Assembly: GCA_964384105.1 (NCBI GenBank)
Contig: CAYLJV010000005.1
Coordinates: forward strand, 1 to 64,000
Source: Candidatus Hadarchaeota archaeon
GTDB taxonomy: Archaea > Hadarchaeota > Hadarchaeia > Hadarchaeales > JAGGTB01
Length of the DNA: 64,000 nucleotides
Reading direction: 5' to 3'
Shown here: piece by piece, positions 10,024 to 18,032 of the stretch
Layout of the letters: every line of letters starts with the position of its first letter
How positions within the stretch are numbered: position 1 is the first letter of the stretch
Made by a program: the position numbers and the translations under genes
The notes under the pieces: model-generated
What the model saw: the letters and a program-made list of their open reading frames with translations, nothing else
Told to the model about the DNA's origin: nothing
Database searches by the model: none

Positions 10024-10779
10024 CTACCGTTTCCTTATCCAATCCTCTGAAGCGTATCTGTCCTTCAAACTTTTAACCAGACCTCTCTCTCCTTCAGTTA
10101 ACTCTCCAAAAGAAATTTCGGCTCCAAATTCTCTCTCAAAACCAGTGACCATAGCGTCTCTAACCTCAGTAAAACTAGGCCTATTTTCCAGTTCTCGAAA
10201 AATTGAGGTTACTCTCTTATAAACGGAAGAAACAAATTTATCCGTAATCTTCTCTGGAGATACTTTTAGTAATCTAAACATCAACCTAATATCTGGATCT
10301 ATCAGTATAGTTCCATGCTGAAGAACCGCTCCATAACGCCGAGTTTGGGCACTTCCCGAGATTTTTTTATCATTTACTAAAACATCATTGACCTCACTGT
10401 AATTCGCGTCTAAACCCAAAACACGAAATCCACCAACTAGACCATTACATATTTTTTTGAAAGACTCGATTATATCAGTAGGAACCTCTTCCAACTTAGA
10501 AACGAATGAATAAGTCAATTCACCGTAACTGTCATGGAAAACAGCCCCACCACCACTTATTCTTCTAACGATATCGACATTATTTTGAGAAGCCTGTTCC
10601 TCATCAATCTCGTATTCAAAACTTTGAAAACAACCGAGTGAAACTGCAGAAGGTCTCCATCGATAAAATCTCAGGGTGGATGGAGAATCTCCTCTACCAA
10701 CCGATCTCAAAATCGCCTCATCGGTCGCCATATTTTCCGCCGCAGTGGCAATGCTCAAAGGAATTAATCTATATTCCAT
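10024..10779 (-). CDS. lplA: Lipoate/octanoate-protein ligase catalytic subunit
   Basis: NMATDEAI, VRRISGGGAVFHD, KKISGSAQ, LQHGTIL. Confidence 0.9.
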   Translation of the reverse strand: MEYRLIPLSIATAAENMATDEAILRSVGRGDSPSTLRFYRWRPSAVSLGCFQSFEYEIDEEQASQNNVDIVRRISGGGAVFHDSYGELTYSFVSKLEEVPTDIIESFKKICNGLVGGFRVLGLDANYSEVNDVLVNDKKISGSAQTRRYGAVLQHGTILIDPDIRLMFRLLKVSPEKITDKFVSSVYKRVTSIFRELENRPSFTEVRDAMVTGFEREFGAEISFGELTEGERGLVKSLKDRYASEDWIRKR

Positions 10780-10786
10780 ATATTTC

Positions 10787-11059
10787 CTATCCAGAAGTCT
10801 TTCTTATCGCTTTTAACCAATGCTCCGGTTCCAAAGCCGGAGTTTTTATATCTCTAGAATCGTAAAATTTTTGAATTTTATCTCTTAGCTTTTCCTCATC
10901 AAGTCCCGAACCCTCAAGGAACTCCTCAAAATCCTCAAGAAGTTCTTCCGGATATAGAAAAAAATCACCGTTAAAGTTAATTTTCTTAATTTTATTGCCA
11001 GAAATCTCTAGCTCCACCCGGATCAATCCTGCCGGTGACTTAAACTCCCCAACTTTCAT
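10787..11059 (-). CDS. lplB: Lipoate-protein ligase accessory (C-terminal domain) subunit
   Basis: KSPAGLIRV and GDFFLYPEE; adjacent to lplA. Confidence 0.8.
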   Translation of the reverse strand: MKVGEFKSPAGLIRVELEISGNKIKKINFNGDFFLYPEELLEDFEEFLEGSGLDEEKLRDKIQKFYDSRDIKTPALEPEHWLKAIRKTSG

Positions 11060-11185
11060 TGAAACCTCTATTTGAAGGATTTATCCATTCCTGAAAAATT
11101 TATCTAAATTGTTCTCAAAAGAAATTTATAATCAAACACTATAAGTAGATTCCACTTTTACATAAATCACATAGGAGGACATAAC

Positions 11186-11854
11186 ATACATAACAAGTTA
11201 GAAGAAACCGCGAAAATCCTCAGAGAAGAATACGGAATTCCAAAACAGAATTATAGAGATAAGAGCGTAAATTCTCTCATAAAAGTAATACTCTCTCAGA
11301 ACACGAACGACAAAAATCGAGATAGGGCCTACAGACGACTAAAGGAGAGATTCGACTCACCTGAAGATATTTTAAAGACAACCGAAGAGGATATTGCCGA
11401 TGCAATCTCGGTAGCAGGGTTACACAATACGAAAGCAAAAAGAATAAAGGAATCTCTAGAAAGAATCAAAAAAGAAAAAGGAAATCTGAATCTAGAATTC
11501 CTCGAAGAAATGGGCTTAGAAGAAGCAAGAAAATGGCTAATGAACCTCCCGGGGGTAGGACCCAAATCCGCCGCTGTAATACTTAACTTTGGTTTTGATA
11601 AACCTGCATTTCCAGTTGACACTCACGTATTTAGAGTAACGAAACGTCTGGGTCTAATACCTGAGAAAACTACACGAGAAAAAGCTCATAAAATCTTAGA
11701 GGAGATGACACCTGAGGAATTGATGTTTGAATTCCACATAAACCTTATCAAACATGGTAGAACGACTTGTAAATCACTCACTCCAGAATGCTCCAGATGT
11801 CCGCTAACAAATATCTGTGACTACTTTAAGAAAAACAAAGGACCTAAAAAATAA
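11186..11854 (+). CDS. nth: Endonuclease III (HhH-GPD, 4Fe-4S); likely ATA start at 11186
   Basis: Open frame upstream of the tracked ORF encodes ILSQNTND; then LPGVGPKSA, PVDTHV and CKSLTPECSRCPLTNIC; GGAGG at 11174-11178. Confidence 0.9.
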   Translation: MHNKLEETAKILREEYGIPKQNYRDKSVNSLIKVILSQNTNDKNRDRAYRRLKERFDSPEDILKTTEEDIADAISVAGLHNTKAKRIKESLERIKKEKGNLNLEFLEEMGLEEARKWLMNLPGVGPKSAAVILNFGFDKPAFPVDTHVFRVTKRLGLIPEKTTREKAHKILEEMTPEELMFEFHINLIKHGRTTCKSLTPECSRCPLTNICDYFKKNKGPKK

Positions 11855-11875
11855 TTAAACTGATCGACAATTGAG

Positions 11876-11901
11876 TTTTTTGTTATGGGTGTAACAAAAA
11901 A
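11876..11901 (+). repeat. Dispersed 26-bp palindromic element, copy 3 (abuts the stop codon of the orphan gene)
   Basis: TTTTTTGTTATGGGTGTAACAAAAAA. Confidence 0.95.
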
Positions 11902-12462
11902 TTATAGTTTCTGTCTAAGAGGTTCAATCATATTGTTCAGTTCTTCAGAAAATTTTGAATCATCCGACCAATCGTGATCCATTAACTCACCACACTGTCT
12001 AACCACCCTCTTAATTCTTTCTAATTCCTCTGATTCTATAGAACCTCTCTTTTCTATTGATCTAAGATATTTAATTTCCGAAAACAGCGGCTCATCGCGA
12101 GTAACTTTTACCCTCTCAAGAGCCTCATGCATAGCCCTCAATCGATCTTCAGAAGGTAAGATACCATCGAAAGCATATAGATCTATGGAACCCCACTTGG
12201 AATTCTCAAAGAAATCGTCCAATGACTTTTCAGCTCTTTTAGGAATAGCTATTACACTTTTTCCGAGCCTAAGATGAGGAATTGGAGTTAATACTCCAGG
12301 ATAAAGATTTTCGTAAGTTTTTTCTCTCCCCTTTTTATCTTCTCTGGTTGTTTTAGACCTAAATCCAAACAACTTCCTATAGAACTTTGTTCTATTACTT
12401 CCACCAAACTTAAGATCAAAGCTATAAATTCTTGCTAGGATTTTCCCATCAATCTTCATCAC
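11902..12462 (-). CDS. Hypothetical origin-adjacent protein (basic N-terminal domain, helical acidic C-terminus)
   Basis: 186-aa ORF with no competing ORF, bracketed by two repeat copies. Confidence 0.75.
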   Translation of the reverse strand: MMKIDGKILARIYSFDLKFGGSNRTKFYRKLFGFRSKTTREDKKGREKTYENLYPGVLTPIPHLRLGKSVIAIPKRAEKSLDDFFENSKWGSIDLYAFDGILPSEDRLRAMHEALERVKVTRDEPLFSEIKYLRSIEKRGSIESEELERIKRVVRQCGELMDHDWSDDSKFSEELNNMIEPLRQKL

Positions 12463-12485
12463 TTTTTGTTATGGGTGTAACAAAA
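12463..12485 (+). repeat. Dispersed palindromic element, copy 4 (abuts the start codon of the orphan gene)
   Basis: TTTTTGTTATGGGTGTAACAAAA. Confidence 0.95.
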
Positions 12486-12528
12486 TAAAATTTTCTATTT
12501 ATATACCACTTTACCACCTATTCAAAAA

Positions 12529-12556
12529 CACCACCACCCCTTCATTTCCACTGGAG
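12529..12556 (-). promoter_or_regulatory. Origin recognition box (ORB) with G-string
   Basis: Reverse complement CTCCAGTGGAAATGAAGGGGTGGTGGTG matches the archaeal ORB consensus TCCA-N3-GAAA plus G-run. Confidence 0.85.
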
Positions 12557-12581
12557 TAATAAAAACAATAAAAAACGATAT

Positions 12582-12607
12582 TTTTTTGTTATGGGTGTAA
12601 CAAAAAA
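12582..12607 (+). repeat. Dispersed 26-bp palindromic element, copy 5 (inside the origin, between the ORBs)
   Basis: TTTTTTGTTATGGGTGTAACAAAAAA. Confidence 0.95.
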
Positions 12608-12699
12608 GAGGTAAAAAAGAAAGTTCGTAAGTAAAGAATTAATTTGAAATGTCACAATCGGCCGACTCTAAAATGAAAGACACAGACACTCAGTTTTCA

Positions 12700-12727
12700 T
12701 TCCACTCGAAACGTAGGGGGTGGTGTG
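12700..12727 (+). promoter_or_regulatory. Origin recognition box (ORB) with G-string
   Basis: TTCCACTCGAAACGTAGGGGGTGGTGTG. Confidence 0.85.
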
Positions 12728-12731
12728 ATTG

Positions 12732-13775
12732 TTACCTAGTTACCTTTTGTTTTTTAACAAATTCGTAGAGTTTTTTAGCGTCCTTATCTTCCTTAAAATG
12801 CTCTCTAATTGGTTTTATCATCTTGTTTAGGTACCTGGCAACCCCTTTCTTTAGATCAAGGGGGTGAAGCTCTCCTCTTCGATAATCTTCTTTTAGTTTC
12901 GAGTAACTTGAATATGTGATGTTTCCTCCATATTTCTGCTTTCTTTTGATCTCTATGGAGTCAAAGCTGTTGAAAATTAGATATCTGGTATAATCTATGA
13001 TTGGATTTTTCTTTATTTGTTTTTCAGGACAGTAGGCGCCCTTTATCTTTTCCCATATCTCGTTTTCTGTGTCATGAACGTATATGGAAGTTGAAGGTTT
13101 GCTTTTGCTCATTTTTTCTTTTTCCCCACCACCCTGAAGACCCATCAACATATGGTGAGAAACTGTAATCGGTTTTTTTCTTCCCAGTTTATCGGCGACC
13201 TCCCTAGCTAACATATTGGCTCTTCTTTGGTCCTTTCCTAACTGGCATATGTCAACATCAAGATTGAATATATCTGCTACTTGCATGCTGGGGTAGAAAA
13301 CCCATGCCACGGGGTTTTTGGAAGTTCCTTTTCTTCCAGCGATTTTAAGGGCCCGCTGTGTTCGATTTAACGTATGGTTCTTTGCTATTTTTATAACCGT
13401 TTTCCAGTACTCTTGGTCCATTTGTTCCGAGGCCCACAAGACATCTACTTCCTTCATCGGAACTCCTGCCGCTTTCCACACCTCTTTGAAATATTCACCA
13501 ACTTTTCTGATATTTTCAAGATCCCCCCCCATCTTGTCATTCATCCAAGCGTACCAGTCCGCGAGTAGAAGTTTAAAGCGAACTCCTGCTTTGATCATCT
13601 TTTTTAGATTGATAGCCCTGTAGACTCCGAAGGCTATATGCGCCATCCCGGAAGGTTCAAATCCATCGTAAGCTACAGGGTGTTTTTTCGTTTCCAATAG
13701 CTCTTTCAATTCTTCTTCTGTAACTATTTCTTCGCCAACTTCTCGGATCAAGTCAAATCTTTTACTAGTATCCAT
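12732..13775 (-). CDS. tyrS: Tyrosyl-tRNA synthetase (archaeal type)
   Basis: AYDGFEPSG, YPSMQVADI, GKDQR, KMSKS, LHPLDLK. Confidence 0.95.
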   Translation of the reverse strand: MDTSKRFDLIREVGEEIVTEEELKELLETKKHPVAYDGFEPSGMAHIAFGVYRAINLKKMIKAGVRFKLLLADWYAWMNDKMGGDLENIRKVGEYFKEVWKAAGVPMKEVDVLWASEQMDQEYWKTVIKIAKNHTLNRTQRALKIAGRKGTSKNPVAWVFYPSMQVADIFNLDVDICQLGKDQRRANMLAREVADKLGRKKPITVSHHMLMGLQGGGEKEKMSKSKPSTSIYVHDTENEIWEKIKGAYCPEKQIKKNPIIDYTRYLIFNSFDSIEIKRKQKYGGNITYSSYSKLKEDYRRGELHPLDLKKGVARYLNKMIKPIREHFKEDKDAKKLYEFVKKQKVTR

Positions 13776-13849
13776 CTTAACGTCCTCTTCGATTCGTGCT
13801 TTATTTTAAATAACTTTTCGGAGTTTTATAGAAAAAGTCTTCGATTTGG

Positions 13850-14740
13850 ATGACAATCTCCCTAGGTTATCTAGAATTTAAAAGTAAACTAATCTATTTC
13901 TTTAAGGTGTTCGAGTTGAGATCTAAGGCGAGGTCGATAGCCATATCTTCTGGTAAAGGGGGAACCGGAAAAACCACTCTGACCGCCAATTTGGGGATAG
14001 CTCTTGCGAATGAAGGGTATGATGTGACTATTCTTGATGGGGATCTGAGTATGGCAAATTTAAGCATAATTATGGGTATGAATACCTGTCCTGTTAGCTT
14101 CTTAGATGTCATTTCTGGCGATGCGGACCCAAGCGATGCAGTCTATACAGATTATGGGGTTAAGGTAGTGCCTACAGGTTTCAGGTTTGAGGAAATACAT
14201 GAGAGCTTATCTGAAGTAAACCAGGATGTTGTAGAGGTGGCCGTAGAAGAGCTTCTAAGTCAGACCGAATTTCTCCTGATAGATGTTCCTGCGGGGATGA
14301 CTGATACGACTATAATTTCGATTGCAGCTGCAAGAGAAATGCTTCCGGTAACGAACCCGAGCTATTCTAGTCTGGTAGACACTTACAAGACCATTAGGCT
14401 GGCTAATGTTGTGGATACTTGGACTCGTGGACTTGTCGTAAATAGAGTTGGAAAAAATTCAGATATTTCTAGAAGAGAAATAGAGCACTTTATGGGGAAG
14501 ACATTAGGTTCAATTTCGGTCCTTTCGGAAATACCGGATGATGATAAAGTTCAAGAGGCGGAGCGGGAGGAGGTTCCTATAATGGTTTATTCTCCCCAGT
14601 CTTCTGCGGCCAGATCGATCTACGAGCTTGCCAAAATTGTTACTGGTGAATCTGATCTCCCTTATGAACTCTATGAAGAAGGAGAAGTGGATTTGACGGT
14701 GAAGAGACTTTCTAGGGCTTTGGTTGGACGAAGGTCTTAG
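13850..14740 (+). CDS. minD: MinD/ParA family ATPase (likely start TTG at 13916)
   Basis: Deviant Walker A SGKGGTGKTT, DGDLSMANL, IDVPAG, VVNR. Confidence 0.85.
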   Translation: MTISLGYLEFKSKLIYFFKVFELRSKARSIAISSGKGGTGKTTLTANLGIALANEGYDVTILDGDLSMANLSIIMGMNTCPVSFLDVISGDADPSDAVYTDYGVKVVPTGFRFEEIHESLSEVNQDVVEVAVEELLSQTEFLLIDVPAGMTDTTIISIAAAREMLPVTNPSYSSLVDTYKTIRLANVVDTWTRGLVVNRVGKNSDISRREIEHFMGKTLGSISVLSEIPDDDKVQEAEREEVPIMVYSPQSSAARSIYELAKIVTGESDLPYELYEEGEVDLTVKRLSRALVGRRS

Positions 14741-15464
14741 TCAGTTTACCACTAAACCAAAGTATTAGTATTGTAAGTGAGATCAGACTGAATATAATTA
14801 GAAGAATCTCTGTTTTTGGCGAGGCTAGGATTTGGTCTTTTTTGCTTCCCAGGAGACCTTCTACTATACCAGCTACTGTGATTAGAATGAGTGAGAGAGG
14901 GATCAGATGAGTTATTTTGAGAAAGTTTTTCTTCAAGGGCTCGACTTTTCTGTGGAATAGACTCTTTATGCTCCCTATGCCGAGTTTCATTCCGCAACTT
15001 ATTGCCAAAATGTATCCCGTGAGTTCAAAAACCCCATGAGGTAAGATCATGGCCGAGGCGGATAATGGGGAAAGAGTGGTCAGTGATAGCACGTAACCTA
15101 TCAATAAACCGTTGATTAGAAGGGTATAGAGAGGGAGTATCCCAAAGAATAGCCCTAAAGCTATTGTCAAAATTGTGCTCCTCAAGTTATTTTTCAAAAG
15201 GAAAATTGTCCATTCTAATTGTGTTCTTTCTACATTAGCTTCTTCGTTTAATATCTCTCTGGCTGGTTTGGTTTGGGTTTCAATCGTGTCTTTTAAAGGA
15301 TTTTCATCCAGTTGAGTGGCCGAGAAAGCTAGTCCGGCTAGTGAAAGAAAAACTATTGTGGTTATATAGATTATTTTTTTGTTTTTTCTGACTGCTTTTG
15401 GAAAGTCTGTAGTGAATAGTTTTGGAATTTTTTCTTTCAATTTTGGAGCTTTCATTGTTTCCAT
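14712..15464 (-). CDS. SpoIIM (DUF95) family membrane protein
   Basis: KNNLR, LLINGLLIG, ILPHGVFEL, VAGIVEG. Confidence 0.85.
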   Translation of the reverse strand: METMKAPKLKEKIPKLFTTDFPKAVRKNKKIIYITTIVFLSLAGLAFSATQLDENPLKDTIETQTKPAREILNEEANVERTQLEWTIFLLKNNLRSTILTIALGLFFGILPLYTLLINGLLIGYVLSLTTLSPLSASAMILPHGVFELTGYILAISCGMKLGIGSIKSLFHRKVEPLKKNFLKITHLIPLSLILITVAGIVEGLLGSKKDQILASPKTEILLIIFSLISLTILILWFSGKLTKTFVQPKP

Positions 15465-15495
15465 TAGATAATATTGAAACTCCGGTTTTAGGTTA

Positions 15496-15521
15496 TTTTT
15501 TGTTATGGGTGTAACAAAAAA
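15496..15521 (+). repeat. Dispersed 26-bp palindromic element, copy 6 (abuts the stop of the hydrogenase protease gene)
   Basis: TTTTTTGTTATGGGTGTAACAAAAAA. Confidence 0.95.
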
Positions 15522-16004
15522 TCAGGAGTTCTCTCCTATTTCCTTTTTTATTTGATTGCTAATCTCAGATGTGATACTCGGAATTTTATTCTCTAGTTTC
15601 TTGGATAGACCCTCTCCAAACTCGAAAGGGTTCTCTACCTCGATTGCAAATACTGTAACTTCCGGCATTTTTTCCCCTATGGAGTTTCCTATCTTTCTCA
15701 GCATACTTAGGCTAATATTGTGAGTTGCGAATAATCCCGATTCGCTTTCTAAATCTTCAGGGGTAAGAGAGTACCAATCACCCACCTTGCCGTTTTTTGT
15801 TTTAATTGCATCTATTAGGAAGACTTTTTTGTAGCCTTTTATTTCGCCTAAAAGCAGGATTCGGCCAGAAAGGGAATTTTTAAATTCAACGTTTTCTTTT
15901 CTTATTAGCTCGGATATTTTCTTTGATACTATGAGCCCTACTGCATCGTCCTTTTTTATTTTGTTCCCAACACCCATCACTAAAAATTTCATTTCTATTA
16001 CCAA
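15522..16004 (-). CDS. hoxW: Hydrogenase maturation protease (HoxW-like)
   Basis: GVGN..KKDDAVG, IDA, THNISL, FGEGLS. Confidence 0.9.
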   Translation of the reverse strand: MVIEMKFLVMGVGNKIKKDDAVGLIVSKKISELIRKENVEFKNSLSGRILLLGEIKGYKKVFLIDAIKTKNGKVGDWYSLTPEDLESESGLFATHNISLSMLRKIGNSIGEKMPEVTVFAIEVENPFEFGEGLSKKLENKIPSITSEISNQIKKEIGENS

Positions 16005-16034
16005 GGGATTTAGTTTAGAAAGAAGAGATAATAT

Positions 16035-17456
16035 CTACTTCCTGGCTTCGTCTAGGACCTCGCCATCGGAAGAAACCAGTTGCAGATTTATTGGCATCTT
16101 GCCTATAGCATGAGTAGAACAGGATAGGCAGGGATCATAACATCTTATTACACTCTCAATTCTGTTTAAAATTCCCTCGGGTATTTCAGGTCCATCTACA
16201 AATTTTTCTGCCACCATTTTTATTCCATCGTTCATCCCGAAGTTGTTGTGTGTTGTAGCGATGACAAGGTTAGCATCTTCTATCATTCCGTTCTCGTCAG
16301 CCTTGTAATCGTGTATTAGCGTTCCTCTCGGTGCTTCTACGACTCCTACGCTCTCTGTGTTTTTGGGTTTGACTGGAACGTTTGTGAGTCCATTGTAAAC
16401 GTCCTCGTCGTTAAGTAATTCTTGTATTTTTTCTACACAAAATAGCATTTCTATTAAGCGAGCGTAATGGTAAAATAAGGTCCTATGCTCTAGTTTGTCT
16501 TCAGACAGCTCTTTGAATCTTTCGAACTGTTCTTGTGCAAGTTTTGTTCCCACCTTTTCTGAAATATTAAGGCGAGCTAGGGGGCCTACTCTGTATCTAC
16601 CTTCTTCTACCCCCAGTTTTTTGTAGTATGGGAACTTTAGGTAGGACCAATCCTCAGATCTTTCATTTATCACGGAGGCGTATTCGCTCGGATCAAATCT
16701 TTCTAATAGTTTACCTTTTTTATCGATTAGTTTTAGTTTGCCATCGTAGTGTTCTAGTCCGTCTTCCTCGGTAACCAGACCCATGTATCCAGTTTCTTGT
16801 ACTGCGCAGTTCAGCATCTCTTCTCCGAGATTTTCGTAAACTTTTTTGAGTGTATCTATTGTTTCTATAATTTGATCTGGAGCGGACTTGGATTTTTCGA
16901 GGAGTTTCTCCCCGTCTTCTCTATCAAGATTTTTTGTTACTCCTCCGGGTATTGCAAATTCTGGGTGTACCTTCTTTTTTCCAAGTGATTGAATTACTGT
17001 CTGACCCAAACTTCTGAGGCTTACTCCTCTTTTGGCTAGTTCTGGGTGTTTCTCGAGAAGACCTACGATATTTCTTTTCTTGGGATCCGATTCATGTCCT
17101 AGTATGAGGTCCGGACTCGATAGGTAAAAGAAGCTGAGAGCGTGTGATTGTAATATTTGTCCCATATGCATGAGTCTCCTCAGCTTTTTAGCTGCGTCGG
17201 GTATTTCGGCCCCTACAAGACCATCGCATGCTTTAGCCGACCCGAGATGGTGACTTACCGGACATATTCCACATATTCTGGAAGTTATATCGGGCATTTC
17301 CCATAGAGGTCTACCTTTAACGAAGGTTTCGTACCCTCTAAATTCGGTTACGTGGAACTTTGCATCTTCCACTTGATTGTTGTCGTTCAGATGTACAGTG
17401 ATCTTGGCATGACCCTCAAGTCTGGTGACCGGTTCTATTACTTTGGTTTCTCCCAT
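16035..17456 (-). CDS. hoxH: NiFe hydrogenase large subunit, group 3d-like
   Basis: L1 RICGICPVSHH; L2 DPCLSCSTH followed by a cleavable tail. Confidence 0.92.
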   Translation of the reverse strand: MGETKVIEPVTRLEGHAKITVHLNDNNQVEDAKFHVTEFRGYETFVKGRPLWEMPDITSRICGICPVSHHLGSAKACDGLVGAEIPDAAKKLRRLMHMGQILQSHALSFFYLSSPDLILGHESDPKKRNIVGLLEKHPELAKRGVSLRSLGQTVIQSLGKKKVHPEFAIPGGVTKNLDREDGEKLLEKSKSAPDQIIETIDTLKKVYENLGEEMLNCAVQETGYMGLVTEEDGLEHYDGKLKLIDKKGKLLERFDPSEYASVINERSEDWSYLKFPYYKKLGVEEGRYRVGPLARLNISEKVGTKLAQEQFERFKELSEDKLEHRTLFYHYARLIEMLFCVEKIQELLNDEDVYNGLTNVPVKPKNTESVGVVEAPRGTLIHDYKADENGMIEDANLVIATTHNNFGMNDGIKMVAEKFVDGPEIPEGILNRIESVIRCYDPCLSCSTHAIGKMPINLQLVSSDGEVLDEARK

Positions 17457-17469
17457 GTTATTTTCCTCC

Positions 17470-18018
17470 TTAATCGTAATCCAATCTTTCCTCTGTGAGT
17501 TTTGGAATGTTTCCTTTTAGTACTTCTGTGAGTCCGTACTTTATCAATTCGGCTGAGGGTGGACAACCGGGTATGTAAACGTCCACTTCCACATATTTGT
17601 CTACGGCTGAGGCTTCTTCGAGTAGCTCGGGTACTCCATCGGGTGAAGGTATCTTGCTATCAGAATCCGCTTTTTCTAGGTAGCTATTTTTAAGACAATC
17701 CTCTGCATCGTAAAAGTTCCTCATGGTATGTATTCCTCCAAAGCAGGCACAGTCTCCCCAGGCGATTAGTAAGTCGCATTTCTCTCTAAGTTCTTTGACG
17801 ACTCTGACGTTTTCCTCGTTTGTCATAGTGCCTTCTACTATGCCAACGTCGACCTTTGGAAAGTCTCCATATTTCGTGTCAACTATCATATGACTGGCTT
17901 CAATATCGACTTTCTCTACTAGGTCTATCAGATATTCATCGATGTCTAAAAATGACATATGACATCCTGAACATCCACACATGCATGCAGTTGCTACCTT
18001 AGCTTTTTTCTCACTCAT
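17470..18018 (-). CDS. hoxY: NiFe hydrogenase small subunit (short, proximal cluster only)
   Basis: GCSGCHMSFLD, GDCA, PGCPP; 182 aa. Confidence 0.9.
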   Translation of the reverse strand: MSEKKAKVATACMCGCSGCHMSFLDIDEYLIDLVEKVDIEASHMIVDTKYGDFPKVDVGIVEGTMTNEENVRVVKELREKCDLLIAWGDCACFGGIHTMRNFYDAEDCLKNSYLEKADSDSKIPSPDGVPELLEEASAVDKYVEVDVYIPGCPPSAELIKYGLTEVLKGNIPKLTEERLDYD

Positions 18019-18032
18019 ATTATCCTCTCCAT

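Larger units (their letters stand above)
12529..12727. other. Probable chromosomal replication origin (oriC): two inverted ORBs flanking an AT-rich region
   Basis: ORBs at 12529-12556 (-) and 12700-12727 (+), A-rich spacer, strand-composition switch here. Confidence 0.85.

Noticed and set aside
11510-11854. nth as a truncated pseudogene (114-aa tracked ORF)
   Set aside because: The frame is open and conserved for 108 further codons upstream to an SD-associated ATA
11876-12607. Three nearby identical repeats read as a CRISPR array
   Set aside because: Spacings are about 560 and 96 bp, one interval is a whole gene, other copies are dispersed, and there are no cas genes
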